From positions 1-53,864 of IMG/VR virus record IMGVR_UViG_3300034068_000313: a DNA stretch of 53,864 nt, one strand, 5' to 3'. This DNA comes from a virus. Lineage: Duplodnaviria > Caudoviricetes. Numbering within the stretch: position 1 is the first letter of the stretch; each line of letters starts with the position of its first letter. Positions 27,670 to 36,098 of this stretch are shown here, piece by piece. The position numbers and the translations under genes are program-made. The notes beneath the pieces were generated by a model. That model worked only from the letters and a program-made list of their open reading frames with translations, was not told the origin of the DNA and searched no databases.

Positions 27670-27972
27670 ATGCCGAACGATGACCTCAGTGTCTTTGACT
27701 GCGAGCCTGCTGGGGAGTGGGTTCGTGAGGGTGCTTGTCGTGGTGTTGATACACGGTTGTTCTTCCCTAATGCGGGAACGCGTCCTCTTGAGGCGTTGGC
27801 TATTTGTGCGTCGTGTTCAGTAAGGGTTGAGTGTGCTGAGTATGCGATGGATACTCATCAGCATTGGGGTGTTTGGGGTGGCCTTACTGAGCGTCAAAGG
27901 TTTACTGTGAAACGGTTTCGTCGTTCGGGTGTTGTTCACCCGCTTGACCCTCAGGCGACGGGTGACTTGTAG
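27670..27972 (+). CDS. whiB: WhiB-family transcription factor
   Basis: W…GAC…FFP…ICASCSVRVEC…GVWGGLTERQR. Confidence 0.95.
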   Translation: MPNDDLSVFDCEPAGEWVREGACRGVDTRLFFPNAGTRPLEALAICASCSVRVECAEYAMDTHQHWGVWGGLTERQRFTVKRFRRSGVVHPLDPQATGDL

Positions 27973-28175
27973 ACGTAGCGGTAGTGACTGCTGTCTAGTT
28001 TGGTTAGTCGGATACGTTTGTTGTTTCGCTTTGAGGCTATGAACTGTCGAGCGTGTTCAAGGCTTGTGAAAGCGAAGTTGTCTTGGCTTGTGTCTACGTT
28101 GTTTGTATGCGTGACTAGCCATGCACTACCCGTGCGGTCGTGTTTGCTGATTGTCCACGTGTGGTATGCGTTCAT
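27951..28175 (-). CDS. Hypothetical protein
   Basis: AAGGAG RBS. Confidence 0.65.
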   Translation of the reverse strand: MNAYHTWTISKHDRTGSAWLVTHTNNVDTSQDNFAFTSLEHARQFIASKRNNKRIRLTKLDSSHYRYVYKSPVA

Positions 28176-28204
28176 GAGACTCCTTCGAACGTCTCCTCAG
28201 CGTA

Positions 28205-28588
28205 TCACGATCGAGTGATTGCTATTGGATTCAAGACGATTGCTTTGAACTTGTCGACGTATGCGCCGCGTAGGAATGTTAGGTCTATCCATTGTTTGGC
28301 TTCTATTAGGTCCTCGAAGTAAACGTTGACGGTCTCGAAGTGTGGTTGTACACGGTAGAGCAGACCGTAGGGCTTGTTGTTGAACACGTCTTTTCTTTCG
28401 TAGATACGCACGCCGCGGAACTCTTCCACTGTGGGTCGGTCGATCTCTCTATCTTCTACTTCGAACTCGTAGTCCCTGATACGTATTTGACCTGCCTTGA
28501 TCATTTCAATGGCTTGCTCTTCGGCGTCGTCTTCATCTACTGCTTCGATGTTCACGCTTGCAAAGATGGCTACTCGGTAGTGTTTCAT
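28205..28588 (-). CDS. Hypothetical protein
   Basis: ACAGGAGA RBS; coupled to the methyltransferase stop. Confidence 0.7.
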   Translation of the reverse strand: MKHYRVAIFASVNIEAVDEDDAEEQAIEMIKAGQIRIRDYEFEVEDREIDRPTVEEFRGVRIYERKDVFNNKPYGLLYRVQPHFETVNVYFEDLIEAKQWIDLTFLRGAYVDKFKAIVLNPIAITRS

Positions 28589-29430
28589 TTCTTCTCTCCT
28601 GTTGTGGTTTGTTTGTAGATTCGGTTGGACGCGATGAGTGCGTACTCGGGATTGATTTCTGTACCGACGAAGTATCGTCCGTGCCTCACTGCTACTACTC
28701 CCACGGTGCCTGAACCTGTGAACGGGTCAAGGATTAGGTCATCGGGGTTGGTTGATGAGATGACACAAGGTTCGACGAGTGCTTCGGGCATGACGGCGAA
28801 GTGTGCTCCCCTGTAAGGCTTGGTCGGGATTGTCCATACGGATCTCCTGTTACGCAGTGACACCTCGTCAACGGCTTGCTCACGTATGTCCTTAGCGTTC
28901 ATCAAGTACGACGGTGACTTACTGAGCAAGAAGAGGTACTCGTGTGCCTTGACGCAACGGTCAGCGATGGGTTCGGGCATAGCGTTCGGCTTCGACCATA
29001 TGATGTCCTGACGTAGATACCAGCCGTCGGCCTGTAGTGCGAACGCGACCTTCCACGGTATGCCGATGAGGTCTTTACGTTTCAAGCCTTCGGGAATGGT
29101 TCGTCGTCGTGTGTCGTCGTTGATGCCTTGCTTCTGTTTGACCTTGCCGTATGTTCCGTTGGTGTTGCCAACTTTGTTCGACGCATAGTTGTCGCCAAGG
29201 TTTAGCCACAGCGTGCCGTCGTCTTTGAGGACACGCCACACCTCTTTGAACACTGCGACGAGTTGTTCAACGTACTCATCGGGTGATGCTTCAAGACCGA
29301 TCTGTAGGTCGTTGCCGTAGTTCCTCAGTCCCCAATACGGCGGCGAGGTAATACAGCACTGAACACTCTTGTCGGCTATCTCCTGTAGGCGTACGCGTGC
29401 GTCACCGACCTTGATGTCCGCAAAGGTCAT
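28585..29430 (-). CDS. DNA amino-methyltransferase (beta class, probably N4-cytosine)
   Basis: Motif IV TSPPY precedes motif I DPFTGSGT. Confidence 0.92.
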   Translation of the reverse strand: MTFADIKVGDARVRLQEIADKSVQCCITSPPYWGLRNYGNDLQIGLEASPDEYVEQLVAVFKEVWRVLKDDGTLWLNLGDNYASNKVGNTNGTYGKVKQKQGINDDTRRRTIPEGLKRKDLIGIPWKVAFALQADGWYLRQDIIWSKPNAMPEPIADRCVKAHEYLFLLSKSPSYLMNAKDIREQAVDEVSLRNRRSVWTIPTKPYRGAHFAVMPEALVEPCVISSTNPDDLILDPFTGSGTVGVVAVRHGRYFVGTEINPEYALIASNRIYKQTTTGEKK

Positions 29431-29930
29431 TTGCCTGTGCCGTCGTTCGACAGTTGTTGAAGCGTGAGTGCGATACGTTTGCGAGCCAGTGTGACTGACC
29501 CTTGTGCTAAGTCTTGATCAAGTTCTTCCAAGATTGTTTTGAGCAGGCGGGTGCTGACGTTCGGTTTGTATGGGGCGAGTTCCCTACCTTGGGCGTACTT
29601 GGGTAGCACGTACACTTGGCACTTGTTTCGGCGTTCCGTAAGCCTTACGACGTAGCCCGCCTTATGCAGCACAGACAGGACTCCAGACGCGGCTCCGTGG
29701 TGTAACCCCATTTCGTCCCCGATCTCGCCCCATATCGCGCCACAAGCGCCTTTGCGAGCAAGTATGTTGAGGACGCCCTGCTGGCGGTCCAGTGTGTAGC
29801 CCTTCTCAAGGTCACGGGATTCCCGCTCTTGGCTTGTCGCCGAGCCGCTCCAGCCCGCCGTTCCCGCGTACGGGAGAACGGGGTGGAGTAGGTCGTCCAC
29901 GACATCAAACAAGGTCGGGCGTTCGTTCAT
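29427..29930 (-). CDS. Winged-helix DNA-binding protein
   Basis: WGEIGDEMGLHHGAASGVLSVLHKAGYVVRL. Confidence 0.7.
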   Translation of the reverse strand: MNERPTLFDVVDDLLHPVLPYAGTAGWSGSATSQERESRDLEKGYTLDRQQGVLNILARKGACGAIWGEIGDEMGLHHGAASGVLSVLHKAGYVVRLTERRNKCQVYVLPKYAQGRELAPYKPNVSTRLLKTILEELDQDLAQGSVTLARKRIALTLQQLSNDGTGK

Positions 29931-30157
29931 GAGATACGCAACCAGTCGCCGCCGACGAACACTTCGGCAAACATCATGAAGTTCGATGACGTGGCGATGT
30001 CCATTCCATCGACCGTCATGTAGCGCAACGTGCCGTGGTATACGCGCCACGCGTGGACGTAGTGAAGGGTGTTCGCTGCATCGCCTCGGAAGTAGAACCG
30101 CACGGGACGACCACACTCTTGCCATTCTGTTGTCGAGGGTGTTGTCTCAATACTCAT
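29927..30157 (-). CDS. Hypothetical protein
   Basis: GAGGAG RBS; ATGA coupling. Confidence 0.6.
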   Translation of the reverse strand: MSIETTPSTTEWQECGRPVRFYFRGDAANTLHYVHAWRVYHGTLRYMTVDGMDIATSSNFMMFAEVFVGGDWLRIS

Positions 30158-30522
30158 TTCGTCAACTCCTCGTAAGCCTTGACTGCTTGTTCGCCAAGGT
30201 CCATCCACTCATCGAAGGTGTAACCGATGGGCGAGCCTTGAACTGCTTTGTACAACATTGCCGACACACGCTTCCACTCGTCGATGTCGTCACGCTTGTC
30301 CATGTACAACACGGAGCCTTCGACAGTGCGTACTTCTTCGCACATAAGTTTTGAGAACTCTTCCTCGGCGTGAATCTTCTTTAGCAACGTCTCAAGTACC
30401 CACGCGTGAACTTCAACGATTGAGAAGTCATCAAGGTCCTCGATGGTGTCGTAAGCGACTGCCTGTGCTTTGTCGACACGGCCTTTCATGTCGCGGATGG
30501 ATGGTACGGGTTGTTGTTTCAT
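30154..30522 (-). CDS. Hypothetical protein
   Basis: ACAGGAGA RBS. Confidence 0.7.
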   Translation of the reverse strand: MKQQPVPSIRDMKGRVDKAQAVAYDTIEDLDDFSIVEVHAWVLETLLKKIHAEEEFSKLMCEEVRTVEGSVLYMDKRDDIDEWKRVSAMLYKAVQGSPIGYTFDEWMDLGEQAVKAYEELTK

Positions 30523-30617
30523 TTGTTTCTCCTGTCATCTTCTTTTCGAATGATTATGTACACGCTGATGAACCACAGGGCAAAGAGTATGAACACGACT
30601 GACGCTGCCGAGATCAT
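30519..30617 (-). CDS. 32-aa membrane peptide
   Basis: MISAASVVFILFALWFISVYIIIRKEDDRRNK; ATGA overlaps on both sides. Confidence 0.55.
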   Translation of the reverse strand: MISAASVVFILFALWFISVYIIIRKEDDRRNK

Positions 30618-30889
30618 TTCGGTGGCCTTGCTGTGATTGTTCCGTCTGCGATTGCTTGGTCACGTTGCAGTTCGTTAGGTCCGTACGGTCCTAGTAGACG
30701 CATAGCGGTCATGCACGGGTCTGTTCCCGAATCCCAAAGGTCGAACTCCCAATCCTCAAGAGGTGCTCCCTCGTGTGGGTCGCAGTAAGGCTTGGACGCA
30801 AACTTCTTTTCGATACCGACGTTGAGCCATTCATAGAACTCTTTGAACTCAGCGTTGTGTTGTTCGGTGTAGTTGTCGTGGTCACTCAT
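30614..30889 (-). CDS. Hypothetical protein
   Basis: EWL..GIEK…PYCDPHEG.P…DPC…RL pattern; RBS present. Confidence 0.7.
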   Translation of the reverse strand: MSDHDNYTEQHNAEFKEFYEWLNVGIEKKFASKPYCDPHEGAPLEDWEFDLWDSGTDPCMTAMRLLGPYGPNELQRDQAIADGTITARPPK

Positions 30890-31190
30890 TGTGTTCTCCT
30901 GTTGCTTTGTCTAGGGCTGTGATTGCTATGTACGCCACATCGAAGAAGCGTTGTGCGGACAGTAGGTCGCTCGTGTTGGGCGCTGGGTCGTTAGGGTCGA
31001 ACGTGCTTTCGAACGTGGACTTGGTATGACCTATTGCCTCGTAGCGTGAGTAGGTTTCTTCATCTATTGCGTACTCAAGGGACTCGTGGTCGGGGTGGCG
31101 CTCCGTCCACTCTTGGCGTGCTTGTAGTCGTGCGCCTAGGTCGGCAACGTACCGCCTGATGCGTTCGGTGCTTGCAGTGACGTCGTTCAT
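30882..31190 (-). CDS. Hypothetical protein
   Basis: GAGGT RBS; coupled to neighbours. Confidence 0.65.
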   Translation of the reverse strand: MNDVTASTERIRRYVADLGARLQARQEWTERHPDHESLEYAIDEETYSRYEAIGHTKSTFESTFDPNDPAPNTSDLLSAQRFFDVAYIAITALDKATGEHNE

Positions 31191-31402
31191 TGTTGTACCT
31201 CTTGTTGGTTGGTCGGTCGTCCGACTCTGTTCTTACTTGGTCGGCGTAAGCGTCCTCTGCGGAACACGTAGCCGTCGGCGTACAAGGTTGCTCTGTACGT
31301 CCGTTGGTATTCTCGTTGTGCGACTGTGCAGTCCTCACACCGACAGCGGTGGGCTACGTACATGGTACGCGACCCGTGTGGCACAGTTATAGGCCGAGCC
31401 AT
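31187..31402 (-). CDS. Small basic zinc-finger protein
   Basis: HG…Y…CRCEDC motif. Confidence 0.7.
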   Translation of the reverse strand: MARPITVPHGSRTMYVAHRCRCEDCTVAQREYQRTYRATLYADGYVFRRGRLRRPSKNRVGRPTNQQEVQQ

Positions 31403-31686
31403 TAGTAGATCACCTCATGCAAAGATTCGCACATCACTTTTGGTTCTTTGTGTTCGTCGCACCACAAGTGCTCGGGTGACCAACAGTGCTCGCACCAGTC
31501 TTTCGGTTGCGATGAGTGGTACATGGCGAGCCTCTTTGTTCGGTGGGCGATGGCTGTTCCGTGCTCTTCGCAGATCGTGAACCAGTTGTATGTACCGTCG
31601 CAGTCGTCCAGTTCAAGGTCCACAGCCGACACGATCGTGACGAGCGTGCCTGTCTGTCGTACGCGCTTCGTGAGCATCTGTCCCAT
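31402..31686 (-). CDS. Cys/His-rich hypothetical protein
   Basis: WFTICEEHG…WCEHC…CDEH; start uncertain. Confidence 0.6.
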   Translation of the reverse strand: MGQMLTKRVRQTGTLVTIVSAVDLELDDCDGTYNWFTICEEHGTAIAHRTKRLAMYHSSQPKDWCEHCWSPEHLWCDEHKEPKVMCESLHEVIY

Positions 31687-31687
31687 G

Positions 31688-32038
31688 TCAGTCACACTCG
31701 CTGATGGTTGAAGTCCAGTCGTGGCGACCAACGAACAAGGTCGACAGGCTGGGTTCAAGTGCGACTGCCAAGTACTGCCACTTGTAAGCCTTCACCGTCT
31801 CAGGGAGCACGCGTAAGCCTCTCATGAGTTTCGGTTCGAAGTGGCCTCGTGACGTTTCATAGAACCGAACTTCGTCGTACGAGATCGAGCCGTCCGTACC
31901 GCCTGAGACGTTCGTGGCGAGGATTTGGATTGTGTAGTTGTCGCCTCGCTTCTGTGGGACGACTGCGGTGAGCACTCCCGTCTTCAGTGGCGGGAATGCT
32001 TCCGTGTCGTAGTTGATGTGGTATGTCATGTTGCTCAT
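31688..32038 (-). CDS. Hypothetical protein
   Basis: Coupled to the upstream gene. Confidence 0.65.
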   Translation of the reverse strand: MSNMTYHINYDTEAFPPLKTGVLTAVVPQKRGDNYTIQILATNVSGGTDGSISYDEVRFYETSRGHFEPKLMRGLRVLPETVKAYKWQYLAVALEPSLSTLFVGRHDWTSTISECD

Positions 32039-32592
32039 GCCTTTCGTGCGATCGCTTCGATGTTTTCGATGTTGATGTAAACCTTGCCGAAGGACTCTCC
32101 GTCGCCTTCAGGCTTGTTCTCGTCGTACGACGCTGTCTTGAATCCAACCTTGATGACGCCGTACTTGTCTTCCTCAGGGGCGACCCAAAATACTTCGCCC
32201 GATAGTCCTTTGGGGTACTTGCGACCCTTCGTAACAACGACCAGTGCGCCGCGTACGATCTCGCCTGCTGCGATTGCGTTGGCGTTGGCGTTGGCGATTG
32301 CTTCCTTGCGACGGAAGTGTGCTGCCTGTGCCTCAAGGGTGGGGACGCACTTGTGGGCTGGGTAGATGGTCTTGATGTGGCGACCACTTTCTCCGTGGAT
32401 TGACACCTCGACGGCGAGGTAGGTCTTGCCTGTGTTGTTGGATACCTTCCACATCACGAGCGACGAGCAGTCTTTGCAAAGAAACTCCTCACGGGTTTTC
32501 GACCTGTGCAATGGCTGGTACTCGGGAAGTGGGCTTACTGCTGTCATGGTGGTGTTCATGGCTTCTCCTGTGGTTGTTGTGGTGGTTGTCAT
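32035..32592 (-). CDS. Hypothetical protein with KOW/SH3-like C-terminus
   Basis: GALVVVTKGRKYPKGLSGEVFW motif. Confidence 0.7.
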   Translation of the reverse strand: MTTTTTTTGEAMNTTMTAVSPLPEYQPLHRSKTREEFLCKDCSSLVMWKVSNNTGKTYLAVEVSIHGESGRHIKTIYPAHKCVPTLEAQAAHFRRKEAIANANANAIAAGEIVRGALVVVTKGRKYPKGLSGEVFWVAPEEDKYGVIKVGFKTASYDENKPEGDGESFGKVYINIENIEAIARKA

Positions 32593-32593
32593 T

Positions 32594-32803
32594 TCAGTTG
32601 CCTTTCAAACTTTCAACGATGCAGACCACGCACTTGTGGCCCAACGGCGGCTCGCCTGCAACGGGCGACGGGATGTACATACCGCAGATTGCGAGGTCGG
32701 GGTACTGCATAATGTGGAACATCACGTTGTCTTTGTTTCGGTGCGTGTGCTTGTTTGTGTCTGTGTTCATGGTTGCTCCTGTTGTGTTTGTGGTGGTTGT
32801 CAT
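32594..32803 (-). CDS. Hypothetical protein
   Basis: 5' end nearly identical to that of the next gene; H…CG…CVVC. Confidence 0.6.
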   Translation of the reverse strand: MTTTTNTTGATMNTDTNKHTHRNKDNVMFHIMQYPDLAICGMYIPSPVAGEPPLGHKCVVCIVESLKGN

Positions 32804-32804
32804 T

Positions 32805-33119
32805 TCACTTGCCTGCCTTCATCATCACGCGAGCCAACATTGCGCTCAACGACTTGGCGATCAACTTGTTTGGCGCGTCTGCGATTGCGTACACGAGTGC
32901 GTCTTCAACTTCGTCTTGGAAGCACAGGTCCCACGCTGCGAGGCGGAGGCCGTGCTTGGTGGGGTTGCTCATCTTGATGAACGCTCCGCAGTCACGGGTC
33001 ATCACGTGCTCTGCCCACACGCGGGGTGCGCTGGGTCCATCGAGGTACAACGTCATGTCGGTGTACATGAATTCGAGTTCGAACTCGGCGGCTATTTGCT
33101 GTGCGGTGGTGTCGTTCAT
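32805..33119 (-). CDS. Hypothetical protein (first gene of cassette 3)
   Basis: Leaderless ATG 6 nt after the -10 of P3. Confidence 0.7.
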   Translation of the reverse strand: MNDTTAQQIAAEFELEFMYTDMTLYLDGPSAPRVWAEHVMTRDCGAFIKMSNPTKHGLRLAAWDLCFQDEVEDALVYAIADAPNKLIAKSLSAMLARVMMKAGK

Positions 33120-33195
33120 ACCCCCACACTACAAGCAGGGTGGTACAGGGATCAACGAATGATAGAAAAAGACCCTCTATGCAGGGCTTATGTCC
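33117..33195 (-). promoter_or_regulatory. Promoter P3 (TTGATC-18-TAGTGT), leaderless, with TATGCAGGG box upstream
   Basis: -10 at 33131..33126, -35 at 33155..33150; AAAAAGACCC..TATGCAGGGCTTATG shared with 44096..44122. Confidence 0.8.
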
Positions 33196-33331
33196 CCGAA
33201 TAAGGGGATCGGGCGTTTATTTGCGCCGTGTTGCGACGGGGGTTCGGGGTGGGGACTTTGTCCGTCTTGTGGGGGATTGCGCCTTACAGCGCGCCACAGC
33301 GCGTGATACGAGCGAACTGTCGTCGTGGGCG

Positions 33332-34237
33332 TCAGGGCGTGACAGGGGTTTGATGCAGGGACAGCAACTCGGCTCGGGCTTCGGGGTTGGTCCTGAACAC
33401 TCCACGCATGGCACTCGTGACTGTGTCGCCACTCTTCTTGATGCCACGCATACTCATGCACGTGTGCTGTGCCGACACGACAATGCCGACGCCCTTTGGT
33501 TGCAAGTGTTCCTCGATTGCGTCAGCGAGTTGGCCTGTCAATCGTTCTTGGACTTGCAACCTGTTTGCGTAGCAGTCAAGCAGTCGTGCCAACTTCGACA
33601 AGCCGACAACACGTGACGTCGGTATGTAAGCGATCGTCGCATGACCGATGAACGGCAGAATGTGGTGCTCGCACAGTGACGTGAATGGCAACTGCCGTAC
33701 GACGACCATCTCGTCGTAAGCAACATCGAACGTCTTGCTCAAGATCACTGCGGGGTTGTCGTTGTAACCCTTAGTGAGTTCACGCCAAGCCTTGGTCACG
33801 CGCCGTGGTGTTTCGAGTAAGCCGTCACGTGTGGGGTCTTCGCCGACGTGTTGAAGCAAACGGATAACGGCGTCAACAGGGTCGCCGTCCTCTTTCTCCC
33901 AAGGGAACGCGAGCCAACGGTCAGTGGTGGTTGCGTTGGGTGAATACATTGCGGGCGACCAAGGTTTACGGAACAACGTCTCCACGTGGATGCCACCGTC
34001 GGGGCGAACCAGTTTCATTGTTCGTCCTGTGTCAATGAGGTCGTCAACGATCAACGTGTGCGGGTCGTCAGGTGTTTCACACAGTGGGAGACCAAGTTTG
34101 TTCGCGACGAGTGTTGCGACTACAGCACCGCCCGTAGGGATACCGTAGACGCCTGTTGGGTTGTTACGTACGCGGGCGCATAGTTTGTCGACCTCTTGGT
34201 GAATGTCGTTCCAAGTGAGAGTCAGGATTGTTGTCAT
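33332..34237 (-). CDS. folE: Fusion of a type I phosphoribosyltransferase (Gpt-like) and GTP cyclohydrolase I
   Basis: N-terminal YGIPTGG…LIVDDLIDTGRT…WLAFPWE; C-terminal GEDPTRDGLLETPRRV…SLCEHHILPF…GLSKLAR…QVQERLT…HTCMSMRG. Confidence 0.92.
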   Translation of the reverse strand: MTTILTLTWNDIHQEVDKLCARVRNNPTGVYGIPTGGAVVATLVANKLGLPLCETPDDPHTLIVDDLIDTGRTMKLVRPDGGIHVETLFRKPWSPAMYSPNATTTDRWLAFPWEKEDGDPVDAVIRLLQHVGEDPTRDGLLETPRRVTKAWRELTKGYNDNPAVILSKTFDVAYDEMVVVRQLPFTSLCEHHILPFIGHATIAYIPTSRVVGLSKLARLLDCYANRLQVQERLTGQLADAIEEHLQPKGVGIVVSAQHTCMSMRGIKKSGDTVTSAMRGVFRTNPEARAELLSLHQTPVTP

Positions 34238-34238
34238 G

Positions 34239-34982
34239 TCATACTCCTCTTTGATCACCGAAGGCTAAGACGTGAAGGCGTGTGGTGACGTTGGTGCCTT
34301 CCGCTGTTGCGATGTCAAACAGATCGGGCAGACGCCGATTGATTTCGTCTGCGCTTCGACCCTCAGGCATCAAGTAAATATCTTTCATGGACAGGCCGTG
34401 GAGACGAACCATCTCTTTGATCTCTAACAGGTCACGTACAGGGTCGCAGATGACAAACTTGAACGAGTGTTGCGGACACTCGATGAAACGTTCAAGAGCG
34501 TTCGGTACGTAACGCTTCGCAACGTGGACCCCCGACGACGCAAGTTTCGGTGACACGTTCCACTGCACGAGTTCAAAGATTGCTAACGGCGGTTCAATCG
34601 TTCCGTTCGTTTCGATCTCAACGCGGTAGTCGGGGTTCACGTCGAGCAACAGGTGTACCAGTTTGACCAGTCCAGCCTTCTGTACCAACGGCTCGCCACC
34701 AGTAATGACGAGTCGGTTCGTACCGCTCGCGGCAAACCAATCAACAATCTCTTCAAGTGTTACGCGTGACAGTTGTTCGGCCTTGTCGTACTTGACTCCG
34801 TTCTTGCCTGTCCAATCCCATGTGAAGGGTGTGTCACACCACGTGCAGTCAAGGTTGCAAAGACCCAAGCGTAAGAACATGGCTGGCTTACCGAGTGATG
34901 GTCCTTCGCCTTGCAACGTAGGACCGAACTTCTCTGCAACACTTAGTGAGCGCCCGTTCTGTATCACGTAGTAGTCGGTCAT
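34239..34982 (-). CDS. queE: 7-carboxy-7-deazaguanine synthase (radical SAM)
   Basis: TLQGEG…FLRLGLCNLDCTWCDT…TGGEPL…IETNGT…SPKL. Confidence 0.95.
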   Translation of the reverse strand: MTDYYVIQNGRSLSVAEKFGPTLQGEGPSLGKPAMFLRLGLCNLDCTWCDTPFTWDWTGKNGVKYDKAEQLSRVTLEEIVDWFAASGTNRLVITGGEPLVQKAGLVKLVHLLLDVNPDYRVEIETNGTIEPPLAIFELVQWNVSPKLASSGVHVAKRYVPNALERFIECPQHSFKFVICDPVRDLLEIKEMVRLHGLSMKDIYLMPEGRSADEINRRLPDLFDIATAEGTNVTTRLHVLAFGDQRGV

Positions 34983-35425
34983 CAACTCGCCTGCCACGAC
35001 GCTGCATTCTTTTCGTTCTCCCAACAGGTCACACGAATGACCTTTGCGTTGGGGAATCTCATGGCGGTCAATGTAACTGCTTGGTCACGTACCCAATTGA
35101 CCATGCCTTCCATTGTTGGGTCCATGATGCGAAGGTCTAAAGCGTCGGCCGCACCTAGGTATTGGATCTGTTCGAGGCACGGGTCGTCCTCGCTCACTAG
35201 CACAGTGTGATCGAATTGGTATTCAAGAGCGTCCCGTAGAACTTTGAGGTCGGCGAAGTCAACTACCCAACCACGCTCGTCGCGTGTGCCTTCCCACTCA
35301 ACCTCGACCCAACGGTCGTAGCCGTGAAGGTAATGGCAGTGACCACGATCTCGCCATTGGCGGTGACAGCAGGGGAAGCCGCCGAAACGTTTGATCACTC
35401 TTAGGATTTCATCTTGGGTCGTCAT
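34982..35425 (-). CDS. queD: 6-carboxytetrahydropterin synthase
   Basis: CHRQW…CHYLHGY…VVDFADLK…FDH…E…WENEKN. Confidence 0.92.
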   Translation of the reverse strand: MTTQDEILRVIKRFGGFPCCHRQWRDRGHCHYLHGYDRWVEVEWEGTRDERGWVVDFADLKVLRDALEYQFDHTVLVSEDDPCLEQIQYLGAADALDLRIMDPTMEGMVNWVRDQAVTLTAMRFPNAKVIRVTCWENEKNAASWQAS

Positions 35426-36098
35426 AGTGTGGCCTCGCTAGGTAGTCGGTTGGATCTTCGATCCCTGCTAATTCAAATGCTTCACGGCGCTCAAAGCAAG
35501 TACCACATGACCCGCAATGAATTTCACCACCCTTGTAGCACGACCATGTATCAAGCCAAGGTACGTTGAGGTCGTTGCCGATGGTACAGATTCCGTCTTT
35601 GGGGATTTGTACGTACGGTGCAAACACTTTGAAGTCTTCGTCAATGAATCCTTCGTTGGCTACGAGTAGCAGGTTCTGTAGAGCGTCGATGAACTGTGGT
35701 CGGCAGTCGGGGTAGATGTAATGATCGCCTGAGTGGACAGCGGTAGCGAGTACGTTTGCGCCCACTGTGACGGCGTAGCCCGCAGCGATGTTGAGCATGA
35801 TGCTGTTGCGGTTTGGTACGACCGTCTTTCTCATGTTCTCTTCGGCGTAGTGACCGTCAGGTACGGGTGCATCGCTGGTCAGTGTGGACTTACTGATGAG
35901 TCCTGTGAGGTGTGTGATGTCAACGATCGTGTGGTTGAGACGGAGTTTGCCTGAAGTGACCTTGGCGTAGTCAAGTTCTTTCTTGTGTCGTTGTCCGTAG
36001 TTGAACGACATGAGATGAACGTCGTAACCCTTAGCCACAAGATCGTAGGTGAGAACTGTTGAGTCCATTCCACCGCTGACGATTGCTAACGCTTTCAT
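35409..36098 (-). CDS. queC: 7-cyano-7-deazaguanine (preQ0) synthase
   Basis: SGGMDS…YGQRH…VPNRN…YPDCR…TWSCY…CGSCGTC. Confidence 0.96.
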   Translation of the reverse strand: MKALAIVSGGMDSTVLTYDLVAKGYDVHLMSFNYGQRHKKELDYAKVTSGKLRLNHTIVDITHLTGLISKSTLTSDAPVPDGHYAEENMRKTVVPNRNSIMLNIAAGYAVTVGANVLATAVHSGDHYIYPDCRPQFIDALQNLLLVANEGFIDEDFKVFAPYVQIPKDGICTIGNDLNVPWLDTWSCYKGGEIHCGSCGTCFERREAFELAGIEDPTDYLARPHYDDPR

